Below, one piece after another: positions 59,667-64,000 of a DNA stretch of 64,000 nt (position 1 is its first letter; each line of letters opens with the position of its first letter). The stretch lies in the NCBI GenBank assembly GCA_965248695.1, contig CBDFKD010000002.1, positions 5,280,001-5,344,000 on the forward strand, given 5' to 3'. A program made the translations under genes and the position numbers. Below the pieces are notes generated by a model that saw only the letters and a program-made list of their open reading frames with translations, did no database searches and was not told where the DNA came from. This DNA comes from Acidobacteriota bacterium (lineage in GTDB: Bacteria; Acidobacteriota; UBA890; WLXD01).

Positions 59667-62440
59667 GCACCTATCCGCATCAGGAGATCGAGCAACGGTG
59701 GCGGGCGCGGTGGGAGGCCGACGGCCTGTATCGCGCCACGGTCGACTGGCAGAGACCGAAGCACTACGCCCTCACGATGCTGCCGTATCCGAGTGGAGAT
59801 CTGCACATCGGGCACTGGTACGCGATGGTGCCGTCGGACACCCGGGCTCGTTACATGCGCATGCGCGGCTACAACGTCATGTTCCCGATGGGCTTCGACG
59901 CCTTCGGGCTGCCGGCCGAGAACGCCGCGATCCAGCGCGGGATACATCCCTGGAAGTGGACCTACAACAACATCGAGAACATGCGCCGTCAGCTTCGCAG
60001 CATGGGTGCGATGTTCGACTGGGACCGCGAGGCGGTCAGCTGCACCCCGGAGTTCTATCGCTGGACGGAATGGTTCTTCAAGCAGCTCTATGACAACGGC
60101 CTGGCCTACCGGGCCGAGGCGCGCGTGAACTGGTCCGAGACCCTCCAAACGGTGCTGGCCAACGAGCAGGTGATCGACGGAAAAGACGAGCGCACGGGGC
60201 AGCCCGTGATCCAGAAGCTCATGTCGCAGTGGTTCCTGCGCATCCTCGACTACGCCGATGAGCTGCTGGATTTCGAGCAGCTGGATTGGCCGGACGCGGT
60301 AATCAAGGCGCAGACCAACTGGATAGGCCGCAGCATCGGTGCGCGGGTCACGTTCAACACGGAGCAGGGCAAGCCGATAGAGATCTTCACGACGCGGCCG
60401 GACACGCTGTGGGGCGCGACGTTCATGGTGCTGGCGCCAGAACACCCCCTGGTGTCGGAGATCACCGGCGAGGAGCAACGGTCCGATGTCGATGACTACG
60501 TTGTGGCGGCCGGTCGCGCGACCGAGATCGAGCGCAGCTCCGAAGGTCGCGAAAAGACGGGCGTGTTCACCGGCGGCTATGCATTGAACCCGGTCAACGC
60601 CGAGCGCATCCCGATCTGGATTGCGGACTACGTCATGCTCACCTATGGCACCGGCGCGATCATGGCGGTGCCGGCGCACGACCAACGCGACTTAGAATTC
60701 GCTCGCAAGTTCGGCATCGAGGTACGGCCGGTCATCCGGCCGGAGGCCGGCGGGCTAGACGGCGCGACGATGCCCGAAGCCTATGTAGGACCTGGCCTGA
60801 TGACCAACAGCGGCCCCATAGACGGCGTTGTCTGCAACGACGCGAAGGGTCTCGACAATCCGAGCATCGCAGCCACGATCAAGTGGTTGAACGAGCACAC
60901 CGCCGGTGAGGAGGCAGTGAACTACCGGCTGCGTGACTGGTTGATCTCCCGGCAGCGCTACTGGGGAGCGCCGATCCCGGCGATCAGGACATCGGCCGGT
61001 GGCTACGAGTCGGTGGCAGAGGGAGACCTTCCAGTGCTGCTGCCTGAAGACGTCGAGTTCATGCCCACGGGGCAGAGTCCGCTCAAGCAGCACCGGAAGT
61101 TCCTGGCGGCGCTCGATGCAACCGGAGCTCCCGCCGAACGTGAGACCGACACCATGGACACGTTCATGTGCTCCTCCTGGTACCAGTATCGGTACCTGAG
61201 CCCCGACTATGACGACGGTCCGTTCGACCCAGAGGAAGCCGCCTATTGGCTTCCTGTGGACGTCTATACCGGTGGGGCCGAGCACGCCACGCTGCACTTG
61301 CTGTACACGCGTTTCTTTACCAAGGCGATGCGCGATCTCGGCCTGTTCGACCGCACCGCGGAGATCATGCGCAGTCACGAGCGCAACCCCGACGCGATGT
61401 TCGATGAGCCCATGCTGCGATTGCGCAATCAGGGGCAGGTCCTCGGCGAGGAGCATCCTGGCGACAGGATCGCCGCGTTCGGCGAATGGGACGGCAAAGT
61501 CCTGCGGGCGACACGGTTACGTGTCCTGTCGGACGGCGAGGACGATGGGGAGGGAGATGTTGTCGGAGAGATCCTGAAGCGCACCGAGAACATCTTGACC
61601 GTGGCCGGCACCGACGCCACGCACGCGACCGTCGAGGTCGCCGACGACACCGAGATCGATATCCCGCACATCGCCGGTACCAACAGCGTCAACCAGTTGC
61701 ACCATCATCTCGAAGTCGAGCGCATGTCGAAGAGCAAGGGTAACGTCGTCAATCCCGACGATTGGGTGGTGCGCTACGGTACGGATTCGCTACGCGCCTA
61801 TCTCATGTTCGGCTTCGATTGGAAGAAGGGCGGCCCCTGGGACAGCAGCCGGATCCAGGGAGTCGTGCGATGGATCAATGACGTCTGGGACATCGCGACA
61901 AACGGTCCGGCAGAGGGCGCCGGCACCGCCGAGGGCGAGCTCGAGATCGAGCGCCGCCTCCATCAGACGGTCGAGCGCGTACAGTCCGGGCTCGAGAATT
62001 TCACCTTCAACACCGCGATCGCCGCCCTGATGGCGTTCCGCAACGACCTCCGGGGTGCGCTGCGTGAGAAGCGCATCGGCGCTGAGGCCTGGACCTCTGC
62101 TATCCATACGATGGTGCGGCTGATGGCGCCGTTCACGCCGCATGTAGCCGAGGAGCTGTGGGAACAGCTCGGCGAGGAATATAGCGTGCACCAGCAGGAG
62201 TGGCCGCGATTCGATCCGTCCAAGGCGGCGGAGGACACCGTCTCCCTGGTGGTTCTGGTGAATGGTAAAGTCCGAGATCATGTGGAGGTACCGGCCGGAC
62301 TGGGAGAGGAGGAGGCCAAGCGCCTCGGGCTGGCGACGGAGGGGGCACAGCGGTATCTCGACGGCAACAGCGAGCCAAGGCGGGTCATATTCATCGCGGC
62401 TCGCAAGGGCCAGGAGCCCAAGGTCAACATCGTCCTCTAG
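59663..62440 (+). CDS. leuS: Leucine--tRNA ligase
   Basis: PYPSGDLHIGH, editing domain FTTRPDT/GTGAIMAVPAHD, RDWLISRQRYWG, RMSKS. Confidence 0.96.
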   Translation: MSTYPHQEIEQRWRARWEADGLYRATVDWQRPKHYALTMLPYPSGDLHIGHWYAMVPSDTRARYMRMRGYNVMFPMGFDAFGLPAENAAIQRGIHPWKWTYNNIENMRRQLRSMGAMFDWDREAVSCTPEFYRWTEWFFKQLYDNGLAYRAEARVNWSETLQTVLANEQVIDGKDERTGQPVIQKLMSQWFLRILDYADELLDFEQLDWPDAVIKAQTNWIGRSIGARVTFNTEQGKPIEIFTTRPDTLWGATFMVLAPEHPLVSEITGEEQRSDVDDYVVAAGRATEIERSSEGREKTGVFTGGYALNPVNAERIPIWIADYVMLTYGTGAIMAVPAHDQRDLEFARKFGIEVRPVIRPEAGGLDGATMPEAYVGPGLMTNSGPIDGVVCNDAKGLDNPSIAATIKWLNEHTAGEEAVNYRLRDWLISRQRYWGAPIPAIRTSAGGYESVAEGDLPVLLPEDVEFMPTGQSPLKQHRKFLAALDATGAPAERETDTMDTFMCSSWYQYRYLSPDYDDGPFDPEEAAYWLPVDVYTGGAEHATLHLLYTRFFTKAMRDLGLFDRTAEIMRSHERNPDAMFDEPMLRLRNQGQVLGEEHPGDRIAAFGEWDGKVLRATRLRVLSDGEDDGEGDVVGEILKRTENILTVAGTDATHATVEVADDTEIDIPHIAGTNSVNQLHHHLEVERMSKSKGNVVNPDDWVVRYGTDSLRAYLMFGFDWKKGGPWDSSRIQGVVRWINDVWDIATNGPAEGAGTAEGELEIERRLHQTVERVQSGLENFTFNTAIAALMAFRNDLRGALREKRIGAEAWTSAIHTMVRLMAPFTPHVAEELWEQLGEEYSVHQQEWPRFDPSKAAEDTVSLVVLVNGKVRDHVEVPAGLGEEEAKRLGLATEGAQRYLDGNSEPRRVIFIAARKGQEPKVNIVL

Positions 62441-62711
62441 CAGGCCGTGGTGAAAGTGTGGTGGGTCTGGCGACGGGGTCTTGCGAGGCGCAGACAAGGA
62501 GAGAGGAGGAGGCAATGTTTACCCCATCGTTGACGACGAACGACGCAGGATACGCGCGCAACCCCCCGTCGCCCGAAGGGTTACGGCGATTTGGGGCCAT
62601 CTACGGCGTTGGCCTTCCTCAACGATGGCTAGGGCGTCGCTTGCGTCAGGCCGCCTTGCATCTGGCCCCAACTCGCCGTAACCAGACCCATCGCACTTTC
62701 ACCACGGTCTG
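62441..62711. mobile_element. 271-bp MITE with 30-bp terminal inverted repeats and CTAG target duplication
   Basis: TIRs at 62441-62470 and 62682-62711 (27/30 complementary); CTAG at 62437-62440 and 62712-62715; no credible ORF. Confidence 0.82.
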
Positions 62712-62804
62712 CTAGGGTTCGTTGACGGAGGTCGTTGCCAGTTGCTGCGATCGCCCGGAGGGCCGGGCCGAGATACAGGACACTTACGGCACAGGGTCAG
62801 CGAG

Positions 62805-63383
62805 ATGACGACACGACTGAATCGAGGTGTTGCGCCGGTCGCTCAGCGACGGCGTGTAGCTGCCCGATGGCTTGCCGCCAGGACGATGCTGGTGGTGGCG
62901 TTGGTGCCATGCGGAGCCTGCGGCTACACACTCGTCGGACAGGGTGCGTTTCTGCCCGACTACATCCGGGTCGTTGCCATTCCCACGTTCTCCAACTTGA
63001 CGCCGCGCTTCGAGCTCGAGACGCGGGTCACGGACGCCGTCACCCGAGAGTTCGTTTCGCGCGGCAACTACCGCATCGTCGGGAGCCCGGCGGGGGCAGA
63101 CGGAGTGCTGCAGGGTGAGATCCAAGCGTTCGAAGTCCGTCCGATCGGCCTCAATCCCCGGGATCGCGCCGACACCTGGCAGGTAACCGTACGCGCCCGC
63201 GTGACCTTCACCGATCTGGTCTCGAATCAAGTCTTGTTCACCAACAATGCCTTCCAGTACCAGGAGCAGTTCGAGTTCCCGCCATCATCGGAGGGGCAGG
63301 TCGACATCGAAGTCTCGTCGATCGACGAGATCTCGGTGGAGTTCGCCCGCGCCGTGGTGTCGAGCATTCTCGAGGGCTTCTGA
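62805..63383 (+). CDS. lptE: LptE family LPS-assembly lipoprotein
   Basis: Lipobox GAC-GY, IP.F.N.T; leuS-lptE-holA synteny; start uncertain (62805 or 62886). Confidence 0.82.
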   Translation: MTTRLNRGVAPVAQRRRVAARWLAARTMLVVALVPCGACGYTLVGQGAFLPDYIRVVAIPTFSNLTPRFELETRVTDAVTREFVSRGNYRIVGSPAGADGVLQGEIQAFEVRPIGLNPRDRADTWQVTVRARVTFTDLVSNQVLFTNNAFQYQEQFEFPPSSEGQVDIEVSSIDEISVEFARAVVSSILEGF

Positions 63384-63397
63384 AGGCCAGTCCGGGG

Positions 63398-64000
63398 GTG
63401 GGCAAGAGCAAGCCGGCGACGATCCCGGAAGTACGCCGCTGTCTGAGCGAAGACCGCATCGCGCCGGCATACCTGGTTCTGGGCGAGGAGGCCGCCCTCC
63501 GCCGGCGCGTCTCGGAAGCCTTCACCGAAGCATTCGAGCGACGCGATGACGGCCCTGGGGCCATCGAGCGGATCGACGGTTCGAGCGCCTCGCTCGCCGA
63601 CGTGCTCGACGCAGCGCGCTCGCTGTCCTTGTTCGCGATGGTCGAGCAGGGTCCGGGCCGACTGGTCTGGGTATCCCGCTTCGATCAACTCGACCTGACC
63701 GAGATCAGCGACCTGGCGGCCTACCTGAGCGATCCCGTAGCCGCCACCTGCCTTGTTCTGGAGGCCTCGAAGCTCGACAAGCGCAAGTTGGCGTACAAAA
63801 CGATAGCGGCGGGGGCCACCGTGGTGGACTGCGAGCCGCCGCGTCGAGAGGGGGACGTCCGGCGCTGGCTCGAGGGCAGTGCGCGCGCCAGTGGGCACGA
63901 GATCGACGTCGATGCGCTCGAGTACATGATCACCATGGCCGGCACGAGCATAACGGCACTCGAGCAAGAGCTCGAGAAGGTGATGCTTTACGTCGGCCAG
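63398..64000 (+). CDS. holA: DNA polymerase III subunit delta, 3'-truncated by window edge
   Basis: Manual translation MGKSK...IAPAYLVLGEE..., ARSLSLF, LDKRK, QELEK..LY; follows lptE. Confidence 0.88.
   Translation, partial: MGKSKPATIPEVRRCLSEDRIAPAYLVLGEEAALRRRVSEAFTEAFERRDDGPGAIERIDGSSASLADVLDAARSLSLFAMVEQGPGRLVWVSRFDQLDLTEISDLAAYLSDPVAATCLVLEASKLDKRKLAYKTIAAGATVVDCEPPRREGDVRRWLEGSARASGHEIDVDALEYMITMAGTSITALEQELEKVMLYVGQ

Noticed and set aside
62458-62715. Small ORFs inside the MITE
   Set aside because: No transposase or other motifs; the region is explained by the inverted-repeat structure.
1-64000. CRISPR array, rRNA, prophage or integrase genes
   Set aside because: No regularly spaced repeats, rRNA-like tracts, or phage/integrase motifs seen.

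Overview
High-GC (likely diderm; Acidobacteriota-like by ClpC N-terminus and gene order, inference only) chromosomal window with two parts. (1) 1-14.1 kb is accessory DNA next to a tRNA-Thr(CGT). It holds a surface-polysaccharide locus (epimerase, WecB/TagA GT, sulfotransferase-like protein, Wzy, Wzx, GT4, Wzc/Wzz pieces) that carries a small PKS-type acyl module: a paired alpha/beta hydrolase, a stand-alone ACP, an AT-less ketosynthase lacking the HGTGT His, and an Sfp-type PPTase. This locus has four apparent gene-breaking junctions. It is followed by a 2.5-kb integrase-less islet bounded by a 47-bp duplication of the tRNA 3' half. (2) 14.3-64 kb is core housekeeping DNA, almost all on the + strand: smc, recG, rsmD, coaD, uvrBC, scpAB, rluB, cmk, rpsA, ihf, trxA, rpmF-plsX-fabDG-acpP-fabF, lysS, lolE/D, clpC, bamA-lpxD-fabZ-lpxA-lpxI-gnnA-like, lexA, ruvX, mltG, ribH, nusB, leuS, lptE, holA. 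Oddities in the core part are a probably non-cleavable LexA, a short SMC with a degenerate hinge, a CTAG/stop-codon-targeting MITE with a microhomology-deleted copy, a degenerate+canonical acyl-CoA dehydrogenase pair, and a LeuS with a large insertion. All calls come from motif recognition by eye; no database searches were run.
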